The position numbers were made by a program, and so were the translations under genes. A stretch of DNA of 63,881 bases, counting the filler, from Octopus bimaculoides (Eukaryota): assembly GCF_001194135.2 (NCBI RefSeq). It is 4 parts of 4 records of this genome, joined end to end, with 100 filler letters (N's around TTAATTAATTAA, not from the genome) between each part and the next. Parts side by side here need not be neighbours in the genome. Positions count along the whole stretch, not along the records: positions 1 to 24,434 come from NC_068983.1; 3 more parts are not named here. The stretch is one strand, 5' to 3'. The notes under the pieces are model-generated. The model worked only from the letters and a program-made list of their open reading frames with translations, made no database searches and was not told the origin of the DNA. Below, one piece after another: positions 1 to 11,681 of this stretch. Within the stretch, counting starts at the first letter, position 1. Each line of letters begins with the position of its first letter.

Positions 1-110
1 ATATATATATATATATATATATATAATGATAGAAATGGTAAGACAACAAAAGAGAGAGAGATGTGTGTGTGCATTTGTAAATACGTGTATGTGTGTGTAT
101 GTATATAAAC
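1..110. repeat. (TA)n, (GA)n and (TG)n microsatellites
   Basis: Directly visible dinucleotide runs. Similar runs recur throughout, e.g. 328-368, 690-745, 4767-4883, 7525-7583, 22925-22998, 54447-54495, 62783-62882. Confidence 0.95.
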
Positions 111-325
111 TTTGTTATATTTGGGAATGGTAATTTTCTGGTGGGCTTGATAATAAACAAACGGCTATATATTCGATCTCCATTTTGCCATGTTATCAGA
201 TTTCTTTCGTCAAACATTCTGTGACCTTTTCACTACTCTAGTCTCCACTCCTCTCAGGTCTTGTCCAGAGACGAGTAGAGACACACGATTTCACATCAAG
301 AATATTGCAAAACAAAAACATAAAC

Positions 326-372
<47 letters not shown>

Positions 373-692
373 TAAATCTCTAAAAGTGTTTAATCCTAGC
401 AGATACCATGCTTGCTCTTATCGGTTAACAATGCTGAGTAACCTCAGTGAATTTGTGTACCAGCTTGCAGCAGAAACACGTGTAGGTCCTGACAAACTGA
501 GATGTGATTAACATTATAATGAAACCTGGATATGTAAATCTCTCTTCTCCTGATATTTATGAATTCATTATATATTGGACACCGGATGTGTGTCATTATC
601 AAACTGGAAAGGAAGTTTTCCTGGGGTTAAAATGTAATAACATAGTTCTTTATAGAATAGCCATGTTATAGTGGCAAAAAAGGTTATCTATG

Positions 693-747
<55 letters not shown>

Positions 748-2129
748 ATGTATATGTACAGAAAGGCGAAAATATAAATGCAGGAATATCTGAGGAGTCA
801 AAAATGTCCCTTTAGAAGAATGATTTTCTAGGTTCAGTCTCTCGGTGCAATACATTCGGAATACATTCGGGTACAGTCTTTTAAAGAACAGTGTCTGATG
901 AATGCAATTTTCTAGACAGAAACTGTGGAGACTCAGTCGTGTATATATATATATATATACATACATATGAGTGTTTGTGTGTGTGTGCCCTTGTGTTCAC
1001 GTTTACTGCTCTAAGCTAACATCTTGTTATATCTCTTTGTGCCTCATATGTAAATTTATTTTAAATGCGTTCCAATTTCCAAAACAAGAGTGAAGACTTA
1101 ACAACATAATGCAATGTTCTCTAAAATCACATTCACACACAGACTGAAGATTAATCGTTTACAATATAAACCAATAAACGATTCCGGCTTCAGGCTTTAT
1201 TTTAGAGTGGTATTGGATAGCCTTTCTCCACTTTATTTCCACCACATTTCATGACTGACAAATCTATGGCAGCTCAGTTGATTAAGTATTTTGTTTCTGA
1301 TACACCACTTTCCATGAAGGTGTACTTAATCGATGATATTACTGTTTTAATAAAGCAGTTAACTTCTTGCTGTGATGCCAGTATGTCTAGTTATTTGACA
1401 AACTCTAGATATGTTGAAATATAAGTGTGTTCTTCTCTTGTTAATGGCGTGAAACGTTCGACTGAATATTATTTTCTTTCTTTTTTTTGTTTGTTTGTTT
1501 TTTTTCTTTCAAATTATCTATCTAGTTATACGATAATAAATACAATACTAATACAAATAAAGCCTGTGTCAACATTACAATTAATATGCAGCTAAAACAC
1601 GAGCAAATAAGGAGTAAAACAAAGCAAAAATCGAACAAAGATAGCAAGAAAACTGATTAGCCTAGCTAGCTTACCGCACCGGGTGGCACGGATTTTAGCC
1701 ACACCACTGAGAGAAACGCAAAGTCATTATAATTGCGATATGCATTAAAGGAAAGAATATATATAGACATATTAGAGATATTTTTCGCTACTATATTCCA
1801 ATTTACGATTTCCTCTCTTCTCTCTCTCACTGGCACCAGCCAGCGAACTTATATACAAATAACTGGACTAGATTTTCTCACTCATGCTAACGGCATTCCC
1901 CTTTAACAAACTACGTCTTTCCTTTAATTTTATCCCACTCGCCTATCGCTGCTACTTTCATCATGGAAATTAAAGTTTTGTACCCTGACATCTCCCACAA
2001 TGACAGTTCCACACACTGAAATTCTTCTTTGACCATTGCATTACATTTGAACCAAGCACGTTCAAATTCCACCCATTGAATGTGGCTTTTTGACCAGCCT
2101 TATATTAAAGCAACCACGGATTAGGCATA

Positions 2130-2185
2130 ATTCTGTTTCCAGTTTCGACCGGGCACAATGTACCTCGTCAGAGAGGTTCTAAGAA
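2130..2185 (-). ncRNA. Decayed hammerhead-like motif (probable PLE terminus relic)
   Basis: Minus strand reads CUGACGA-GGUACAUUGUGCCCGGUC-GAAA-CUG(GAAA)CAG. Core words are present, but the U of the NUH triplet and stem I are lost. Confidence 0.35.
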
Positions 2186-2464
2186 GTGGTTCAAATTGAA
2201 CAACTTAATTGTATTAATTTCACGTGGAAAAATGCCGCATTATTATTGGAGGGGGAAACGCGGCGCATTGACGCTGCGATTTTTTTTTAATGTTCACTAT
2301 CTTTGTATCACATAACGTATAAAGCTACTAAAATCATCTTATTTTCACATATAGATTTGATCACAGAGAAAAGAATTCGGTACCAAATTCAAATCAAATT
2401 TGTAAATAAAATTCAAATCTAAACAGAGTTTATATAACGCAATAACAAGGTACATGATCACTCA

Positions 2465-2590
2465 GTCAGAGCTGGTAGAATCGTAGGAATGTCGTAAAAA
2501 TGCATTGCAGTATTTCTTCTGGATCAACACAATCTGAATTTAAATCCCAGTTTTGCCGTTCACCCTCTCCACCCCGATCAATGAAATATA
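2465..2590 (+). mobile_element. Degenerate SINE family C copy (5' part)
   Basis: gagctggtagaatcgtag...tctgaatttaaatcc matches the head and B box of the better-preserved family C copies at 55-58 kb. Confidence 0.5.
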
Positions 2591-3197
2591 TTCTATCACT
2601 GGTGTCGATTGTATCAACTAAACACTCTCGTCTAGAACTTGGTGCCTTTGATTCTGAATCAGAAAACATTATAACGCACATTTCCCTCTGTCCAATGTTT
2701 GTGAACATACACTTATGAATCTTGGTTTTATATGTTAACATGTAAATAAATTAACATAACGTACGTTCATAAGTTCAAATGACATCTATGTTTACCTCAA
2801 TGTGCCTACTAAAGGATTTTAATCTATATGCGTGCCCTTTCATGATATATACATTGTTTTATCATCAAACCAACTGATATTTCTCAGGAAATTCTTATAT
2901 CTATTCTTCTAGAACTAAATAATCTGAGGGATGTAAAACTAAATATCTACAGAAAGACAAGGAAGTATTTGAAGTCATTTAGAAGTTAAAAGATCAGTAC
3001 ATCATTCAGTCAAAAATTTCCAAACCTACATATTTTACTTATTCATCTATTTTTATTTATTCCCAAAGCAACTTTTTACAAAGGCTTTATCTCAAACGGT
3101 TACATAGTTAACGCTGAACTACTAAAGGAGCCTCAATACAGCTATTCGACTGGATCGATTTAACCATCAAACCTTTCTCAAGGTCTGGAAAATACTA

Positions 3198-3605
3198 GGC
3201 GCCGGAGTGACTGTGTCGTAAGTAGCTTGCTTACCAACCACATGGTTCCGGGTTCATTCCCACTGCGTAGCGCCTTGGGCAAGTGTCTTCTACTATAGCC
3301 TCGGGCCGACCAAAGCCTTATGAGTGGATTTGGTAGACGGAAACTGAACGAAGCGCGTCGTATATATGTAGATCTATATGTATGTGTGTGTATATGTTTG
3401 CGTGTCTGTGTTTGTCCCCACGAATCGCTTGACAACCGATGCTGGTGTGTTTACGTCCCCGTAACTTAGCGGTTCGGCAAAAGAGACCGATAGAATAAGT
3501 ACTAGGCTTCCAAAGAATAAGTCCTGGGGTCGATTTGTTCGACTAAAGGTGGTGCTCCAGCATGGTCAGTCAAATGACTGAAACAAGTAAAAGAGTAAAG
3601 AGTAA
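3198..3605 (+). mobile_element. SINE family A, full length (tRNA head + CORE-like segment + internal microsatellite + 3' module)
   Basis: A-box-like and B-box (ggttcattccc) head, CORE-like ccttgggcaagtgtcttctactatagcc, internal (TA)/(TG) run, tail aaacaagtaaaagagtaaagag. Homologous copies occur at 25.1, 28.3, 43.6, 50.3 and 61.8 kb. Confidence 0.9.
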
Positions 3606-3949
3606 TAGTCTTAATGATTTTAATAAAATATATACTTGATCTAGGCTGATATAGAAGGTTTTATTTTTCCATCTGTTAGTTTTCATGAGGTCACTAACAG
3701 GCATCATATGATTTCTTAATTTAGGTTTCGTTAGTTTGCGCTAAACATTTTTAATAATGGTTGTTAATCTTTTTACATTGAGACAAGCTACACATTTTGT
3801 TGCTAGAGATAACCAAGTCAACTAATCCTGATAGCAGGAAAGGAAAAGTTCGCATTTGTGGCATTAGAATATATCTGTTTGTCTATCTGAGTAAAAAAAT
3901 CCAGAAAAAAAAAACAAAAAGGCAAAAGAGAGTCACTTACTCTTATAGT

Positions 3950-4255
3950 TCCTTCAATAACAATGACAACGTTGACCAAAGTTACCGTGGTCTTTTCCGT
4001 AGGCTTTTCTTTCCACGGCTAAACCTAAACTGTCCTCCCCTCTTTTTACACGAGAACATTACTGTGATACACGATCCCTATTGATCCCCCTTTTTTTTTC
4101 TCGATCCCTTTTGATCGAACTCCCCCCTTTTTTCCTTCCTACGATCCCTTTTGATCGACACCCCCTACTTCTTCCCCTTCCCCCTCCCAAAAAGAAAAGT
4201 TCTTCATTGTATTTGTCCCATCTTTGTTGAGCCCTGTGTGGCTAATAAAAGAAAT
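3950..4255 (+). mobile_element. Probable 3' UTR of a non-LTR retrotransposon (L1/Tx1-like) ending in AATAAA and a (TATC)n tail
   Basis: Pyrimidine-rich tract with three CGATCCCT(T/A)TTGATC units, then gtgtggctaataaaagaaa followed by microsatellites. No ORF is retained; the clade is inferred. Confidence 0.4.
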
Positions 4256-4256
4256 G

Positions 4257-4288
<32 letters not shown>

Positions 4289-4530
4289 CTCCCCACCCTC
4301 TCTCTCTCTCTCTCTCTCTCTGTATATATATATATATATATGTATCTGTCTGTCTATTTATCTAGCCATTTATCTACCTACCCATCTATTTATCTATCTC
4401 TCTACCAACCTACCTACCTACCTACTTATCTACCTACCTACATATCTATCTATCTATCTATCTGTATGTCTGTCTGTCTGTCTATCTACCTATCTCCCAA
4501 GCTAAATAGTTATATATATATATATAGATA
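4255..4530. repeat. Compound (TATC)n/(CT)n/(TA)n/(CTAC)n microsatellite
   Basis: Directly visible. Confidence 0.95.
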
Positions 4531-4534
4531 TATA

Positions 4535-4750
4535 ACTGGAGCTCCATCGGTAACGACTACGAGGGTTGAAATTGTTCCGATCAACGGAACAGCCTGCTCT
4601 TGAGCACTCCATTAAAGTAATTCTCAGGGAGATTTAGCGTGACACAGAGTGTGGCAAGAGTAGCTTTTGAATGACAAGTACGACTAATTTTTGCCAAATG
4701 TGGAGTGAAGTGGAGTGGAGTAGAGCAACGTGAAATATAATGTCATGCGT
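4535..4750 (-). mobile_element. SINE family B' (CORE-like segment + tail shared with family B), 5' truncated
   Basis: Reverse complement contains cactttatttcacg...ttgctc, gtgtcacgctaaatctccctgagaa and gagcaggctgttccgttgatcgg, as in 21493-21791. Confidence 0.8.
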
Positions 4751-4761
4751 GAAATAAAGTG

Positions 4762-5100
<339 letters not shown>

Positions 5101-5149
5101 TAGTAAGCGACTGATTGAAAGGGAGATAAAAACGGTGACCCGGCCGAAC

Positions 5150-6250
5150 CAGGGTGCGTAAGCGCGTGTGTGCATGTGAGAATGCTGTATGTTTGAGTGT
5201 GTATGTGTGAATAGGGGCATGTGAATGTGCGTGGGTGAGCTTAAAATTATGTGGGCCTGTGTTCGTGCATGTGTAAAAATAACCTAGTGCGTATATTTTG
5301 TGGAGTGATGTGCATTTCTTGTACTGGTACGTATGTGTGCATGCATATGGACGTGTGTACATGTGTGGGGGTTATTATGTGTGTGTATGCGTTGGGGTTA
5401 TCATGTGTGTGTATGTGTGTGTGCAAACGCATGGTTCTGTGTGTATGTGTACAAGTAACTTAGTGTGTGCGTTGCGTGGAGTTATGTGCGTTTCGTGTAC
5501 TTTTGTGAATCTGTGTATGTGTGTACATATGGACGCGTGTTTATGTATGTGAGCCTATCGTGTGCATGGGTGTGTGTGTGCGCGCGTGCAAACGCTTGTG
5601 TATAGCAGTTGATGTGTGCTTGGTCGGGTGGGTATGTACGTGTATATGTGTATGTGTATGTGACCCTATAGTGTGCATGTGTATTGTGTATGTCTGTGTG
5701 CGAATGCTTCATGTGTTTATGTGTGTATATTGTCTGTGTTCAGGCGTGTTGCGGGCATGTGCATTGTGTGTGATTTTTGGAATGAATACTGTGTGTTGTG
5801 GCGGAATGCATAGAGGTTTGAAGTTGGATAGAGGTGACGGGAGTTTAAGGTTGCCTGGACGCTAGTGTGTGAATGCATGAGCATGTGAGTGTTTGTGGGG
5901 GAATGTGCATAATGGAGTCTGGTGTGTGTAATGAGTTTACAGTATGTAGGAGCATTCGTATAGTGGTGTGTAGGGTGCGGATATTGACAATTGTGTCTTG
6001 TGGGTAGTGGGAGGATTTGGGTACTAGTCTGTATGGAGTGGGAAGGTGTGTGATGTGAGTACTGAGTTGAACAGTGTGCATGGGTGTTTTTATAGTGGTG
6101 TGTGTGGTGAGGGTACCGAGTTAGGTGGTGTACAAGTGTGGGAGTGGAAAGGAAGGGAAGTTGAAAGCGGGAGTCGTGTTGGATTCTGTGTGGGATTGGT
6201 GTTTAATGAAGAGAGGTGGCGAATTGAGAAAATAAGGAGCAAATGAGAAA
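5150..6250. repeat. Degenerate (TG)n-derived low-complexity tract, G/T-rich on + strand
   Basis: Continuous imperfect TG alternation grading into G/T-rich sequence. The ORFs here are V/C/M repeats. Confidence 0.8.
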
Positions 6251-7520
6251 AGGGAGAAGATTAATTACTGTTCACGACAAAGGCGGGAGTCCAGGTCGCC
6301 CCTGTGCAGAGACAGTTCGAACGTAGACAGATATTATGCAGTGAAAAGGAAATGTCTCCTGACAGAACACTCCATGGTTTGTTACCCAACTCTCAGAGAT
6401 GACGTACTTGGTTTGCTAGTGAAAAATTCCCACTGACGTGTGTACACGCGGATCTTCAGCTGTCGAAGGTGGGTTATGATGTAATACAAAGAGCACAGCA
6501 ATAATAAGAGAAACGAAACATTGGCATTGGTTTGTACACCTTTATTTCAAATAATTACATATTTTCCATTATTTCGCAAGTCATGCGTTCTATAGATGCA
6601 AACAGAAGAAGAAACCTATAAGGCCAGCATAGTAAACAAACTCGTCAGACAATTGAAAACGAAATAAATGAGATCAGCAACATGTATGTATGTATGTATG
6701 TATGTATGTGTACATGCATATATGTATTTATTCATATTTTACACCTATCGATCATAAAGGATATATATATTCATAAGTTTTAAAGATATGATGTCTTCTG
6801 AGAATGATCTTTCTACCATACTTTTTTTACTATGTATATCTAAAGCAGTGTGAGTATTATCCTGTGCCTGTGTATTTTCATCTGTGCGTGTGATAGAGTG
6901 TGAATGCATAATATGTATGTGCGTGCCAGAGTATGTGTTCACCTGTATCTGCATGCGTAGGTATAAAAGATGGGGTAGGTATTTGTGTGCTTTAGTTTGA
7001 TATATTACTTGGAAAAAATGGGATAGTAATTACTGTGTAAATGAGATAAACAATGGTGTTTGTAATTCTTCACTTTGACAGTATTATAACTAAATCGATA
7101 GCAATGGATACAAAAATACTCACAGGAATCAATATTGATTGAAGAAGTGACAAACATCGTAGAGCAAACGATAAAATCTAAAGGAATACTGTAATCGTTA
7201 GCGAGTCTGTTTAGGAATCTTGGTTGAAAACGATTCGCTTTGCTTACTTAAATAGTAGATTTGAAGAGGCATGATATTTACAAAATCGCATAAAGCGTAC
7301 CTGCTCCCATCCGATAGCTTTATTTTTGAAGAGTATCAATAAAACATGTATAATGATTCAAACTTAAAAGTACTGGATCCATGAACTCTAGATTCAATTT
7401 GTATTCTTGGTTATAAATGCATTCAAATAACAAGCTATTGGCCAACATCGTGTTTCTTTATTGTTAGTTTCGGTGTATTGACTGTGATGTACGTAATGTA
7501 TATGCGGTGGTTATATTTAT

Positions 7521-7586
<66 letters not shown>

Positions 7587-8005
7587 AGTCCTGCATTTTT
7601 GTGTATATATTTTATTTCTGTGCTTCGTTGCTTTACGATTTTCGAGTGATTTATTATTACAAAAGTTTCCCTTTTCAGTTACCACAAGTTAGATTATCTC
7701 CATTTCTAGTTTCCTGTGTCAGGAATGATTATACTTCAGTCAGAAGGCACGTCTTTTCTCGATGAACCTTGATAACAATATCCGGGACATTTTTTTCGAA
7801 TTATCAATATATATTTATTGGTATATTCCAGAATATGATCATTTGTCAGTTACCATCACATTTAACTCTGAATATTTATATCATCTTTACCTACCAGCAT
7901 TTCATAATGCTGACATAAGTTTCAGTACAATTCCCCATCTCTGATAATCGCTACCGCATATGAGTGACAATGGAAATACAGAATATTGTGAATAACGGTT
8001 GTAAT

Positions 8006-8059
8006 GAAACAGCTAAGCCTTTAGCCAAGCGTGCTAACGATTCTGCCTGCTTACCGCCC
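8006..8059 (-). mobile_element. SINE family C 5' head fragment abutting (AAT)n
   Basis: Reverse complement gggcggtaagcaggcagaatcgttagcacgcttggctaaaggcttagc matches the family C head. Confidence 0.75.
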
Positions 8060-8115
<56 letters not shown>

Positions 8116-8119
<4 letters not shown>

Positions 8120-8395
8120 AAGGAGTAGACGTGATACCAATTGCAGTTGGTGCACTTGGAAGCATCATCACACAACTACCAACATAACTGAAAAAGATCG
8201 CTGCAAATGTGAAGATAGAACACCCACAACAATCAGCATTACTTAGAACTGCAAGAATTCTTCGCAGGGTTCTTGAAGTATGACCAGTAAACAAGTGTCA
8301 CCTTAGTCTGCTGGCTGTGGACAGCTGACACTTTTCCATTATACCCAGCAAAATAAGCTGCGAGTTTTCATATAATAATATCAATAACAACAACA
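8116..8395 (+). mobile_element. 3' end of an R4/Dong-like RLE non-LTR retrotransposon
   Basis: 8116-8283 translates MKGVDVIPIAVGALGSIITQLPT*LKKIAANVKIEHPQQSALLRTARILRRVLEV*, the typical C-terminus after the RLE domain. A short UTR follows, with (AAT)n on both sides. Confidence 0.8.
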
Positions 8396-8404
8396 ACAAC
8401 AACA

Positions 8405-8445
<41 letters not shown>

Positions 8446-9413
8446 AGTGATGATGATGGTGATGATGATGATACCTAGTGTGAGCCTTGGGAAATCCATG
8501 TTTATAAATGTTCTTATTTCGATGCAGCTATTTGTATACCTTCATATTACATCATGCTAAATGCTTTTATAAGAATGAAGCAGACGACGGACTACGTTTA
8601 TTAAAAAAATTATCAAGATTTAGATAATTTAGAGTGTAACAGTATAGTAAAATTCTTTTTGGCCTTCTCTAGCTGCAAATAAATTCGTTAGTTCATTGTA
8701 CTCTTCCACCTACGGTTGGGGGTCTTCACAAACTTTAAATTGCATTCCTCACTCATGACCTATACCTCGACTGAAAACAACTGACAACAGTTTTCTAATC
8801 TGCGAATGACACTGATGCAATCTCCGCATGCAAGTCGATAAGATTAGAACTGTTGCGTTGTCTCCTTGTTTTCCGCAAAGTTTCTTTATTCTTCCATATG
8901 ATACCTTTCAATATGTGATCCAAACTCAGCATTGGAAAATAAAAGACTTGGGTCAAGATAGCGAGATAAAATCAAATCTATGTTGGTAGAACACATTTTC
9001 AGGATACATTTTGATCTCTATTCTTTGTTCTTCAGCAGGACAACTTATTGTCAATAAACGCAGTGGCTGATTTCTTACTTGCAGAAGAATTGAATCACCT
9101 GATGTTGCAACATTGGATGAAGTGCAATTCATATTTATGACGAACTTCATTTTCTCTGAATGTACATGCCTCTTCTTGCAAATGTAAAAATGCATATTTT
9201 TATGTAGTTCAATGTAAGAGTTGCGAACAATCCTATTGTTTTACATTGTGTATCTCTCCGATATTATAAAGGTACATTAACATTAATAATATAAAATGAG
9301 TAGTATTCGTAGCCACTTTAACATGGCTGTTCGATCGGACAGACTCGACTGCGATTCTTTCAAACCCAAGAGGACATCACTACCTCGTTAACGATGCAAA
9401 CTGTATCCAATAA

Positions 9414-9555
9414 ATTGCGAGCAGGTGAACGAACCCCAACCACATTTTAGTGACGAGACGAATAGACCAGCCCTGGTTTCGGGCTATTTTTGCCGCGCTT
9501 TGGTACAGGATATTTCGTCTGCTAGAGATGGCAGTAGTTCGCCTCTGCTCGCAAT
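9414..9555. mobile_element. Small inverted-repeat element (MITE-like)
   Basis: Left attgcgagcaggtgaac versus the reverse complement of the right end, attgcgagcagaggcgaac. The interior is GC-richer. Confidence 0.45.
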
Positions 9556-9665
9556 ATATATACTTCAAGCGACACGCTAATTTTGCAACAAGCAAAAATC
9601 CTTGTTCTAAAATATAAAGATGGTCGTATGCTTGGTGATCAATTTCAGAATACAGAGTGAAAGTA

Positions 9666-10221
9666 GAGAGTGCGTCAGTTTTTTTTTTAGGTCATTTGTA
9701 TGAGTTTAGAAAAAGACGCATACCTCATCAAAGAAAAGTTGTACTGGAANNNNNNNNNNNNNNNNNNNNNNNNNNNNNNNNNNNNNNNNNNNNNNNNNNN
9801 NNNNNNNNNNNNNNNNNNNNNNNNNNNNNNNNNNNNNNNNNNNNNNNNNNNNNNNNNNNNNNNNNNNNNNNNNNNNNNNNNNNNNNNNNNNNNNNNNNNN
9901 NNNNNNNNNNNNNNNNNNNNNNNNNNNNNNNNNNNNNNNNNNNNNNNNNNNNNNNNNNNNNNNNNNNNNNNNNNNNNNNNNNNNNNNNNNNNNNNNNNNN
10001 NNNNNNNNNNNNNNNNNNNNNNNNNNNNNNNNNNNNNNNNNNNNNNNNNNNNNNNNNNNNNNNNNNNNNNNNNNNNNNNNNNNNNNNNNNNNNNNNNNNN
10101 NNNNNNNNNNNNNNNNNNNNNNNNNNNNNNNNNNNNNNNNNNNNNNNNNNNNNNNNNNNNNNNNNNNNNNNNNNNNNNNNNNNNNNNNNNNNNNNNNNNN
10201 NNNNNNNNNNNNNNNNNNNNA

Positions 10222-10252
<31 letters not shown>

Positions 10253-11179
10253 CCTATTCCCCATACGTAATATTTAAGTGTATTGAGATGTTTGGGAGAG
10301 CTGACCATGGAGGTTGGCTAGCATCCACGTTTGGGTTGTGCTAGCCTTATGAAACGGCGCAGAATCTTGTTGGGAAGTATGGTCTCCCATTGCGCATTCT
10401 GTCTGTCTAATACCTCACAACTTTCTCCAACATTTCTGAGTAGACAGTGACCACTGACTCTGAAGTCCAGTGAAAAATAGTGAGGAGGCATGACATCTCC
10501 CTCTCTACTGACGACTCCCAGAATAACCAGAGTTGCTGGGAACTTAGTATAAATGACCACTGAAACCTCATTCCGGTTTCAGCATAATTATCTGTCGTTC
10601 CTTTGGTTTAACTTTTGGTCATGGTCAAATTTTTTCCCAACAAAGAAAAACCAAAGCATTCCAGTCTCTTAGTGTTTTAACTTGCTTAGCAAGTGCTTTG
10701 CACGGATCTAATGAATCTCTGTTGTCACATCTGACATAAACGGATCCCTCCGCCTCACGTAGGACTTGTATTGGATGGTGCGTTCTGAAACCTTGAGGTC
10801 CATTGCTATGGTTTTGATTGCCTTTACGAGGATTTTATCGATTATGTTTAAACTTTTTGTCCGAAGTTATGTATTCTAATGATATTAGAACCCAGTGCAT
10901 GCATCTTCTCTTTTGCTGCTGATGTTGGATCCTGATCAGCAGCTTCCAGTTTTTTTTTTCGATCTTTGACAACGAAGGATCAAGTAACTTTCGGGAAGCG
11001 GATTATCTTTGTATCGCTATGCTGCGCTTTTAAGGCAACGATTACTGTGTGCGTTTTTATATGTTTAGTCAGTTTGGTGTTTGACGATATTTATCTAAAA
11101 AGTAAGGTAAAAAAAGAAAGAAATTAGAAGAATGTTAGTGCTCTTGAAAGAGGTGTCCTGAAAACACTGACGCACCCTG
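9666..11179 (-). mobile_element. Tc1/mariner superfamily element, maT/DD37D-like, defective; includes an N gap
   Basis: TIRs (c/g)ag(g/a)gtgcgtcagt with TA on both sides (9664-65, 11180-81). Transposase remnants: WFFFVGKKFDHDQKLNQRNDR, TKFPATLVILGVVSREGDVMPPHYF, QQDSAPFHKASTTQTW. Confidence 0.85.
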
Positions 11180-11681
11180 TAGTATGATATGAATTTTGAA
11201 AGTGCTACATTCTTTCGGATGTAATATTTTTTGCATCAGATGAAGCAAAGAAAACTGCACAGATATTTTCCTGAGAGTAAGAATTTCTGCATTTTTACAT
11301 TAAAGAGTAGGTTGTCTTTATATGGATAAGACTGAATAGAAGGAACTACTTTGGCGCTATGATAACAGTTTAAATGCTCATGTCTGAATCTGAAAGCATT
11401 ACAATGAGAACAAGTATTGCTACTTTCTCCACAGTTATAAGATTTAAATGCAGCTTGTCGTGTCATAGGAGCAGCAAATTGTCTTCGACGTAGTGTGAAC
11501 ATCTCTACATTCATGTTATTAGATCACACTCATTTTATTTCGCCAAGTTTTTCCTTTTATTTTAATTATTGTTCATGCTATTTTGTCACATTACTATCTC
11601 CCGATATTTTCACAGATAATAATTGTGGCTTGTATTATACAACCACAAAGCAGTAGAATATATTAAATATAGCTAAAGTAA

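Larger units (their letters stand above)
8480..11520 (-). pseudogene. Helitron Rep-helicase relic (N-terminal/pre-Rep region), interrupted by a maT element and a small MITE
   Basis: Minus-strand pieces occur in the expected order across frameshifts and stops: CSHCNAFRFRHEHLNCYHSAKV; ENI..FFASSDA..FQNSYHTT|FTLYSEIDHQAYDHLYILEQ; EIKMYPEN; YLDPSLLFSNAEFGSH; TTQQF*SYRLA; VEEYNEL; KHGFPK. Confidence 0.75.

Noticed and set aside
9080-9170. Exon-like segment on minus with a good donor (ctgcaa|gtaaga)
   Set aside because: It lies within collinear Helitron motifs, so it is better explained as the transposon relic.
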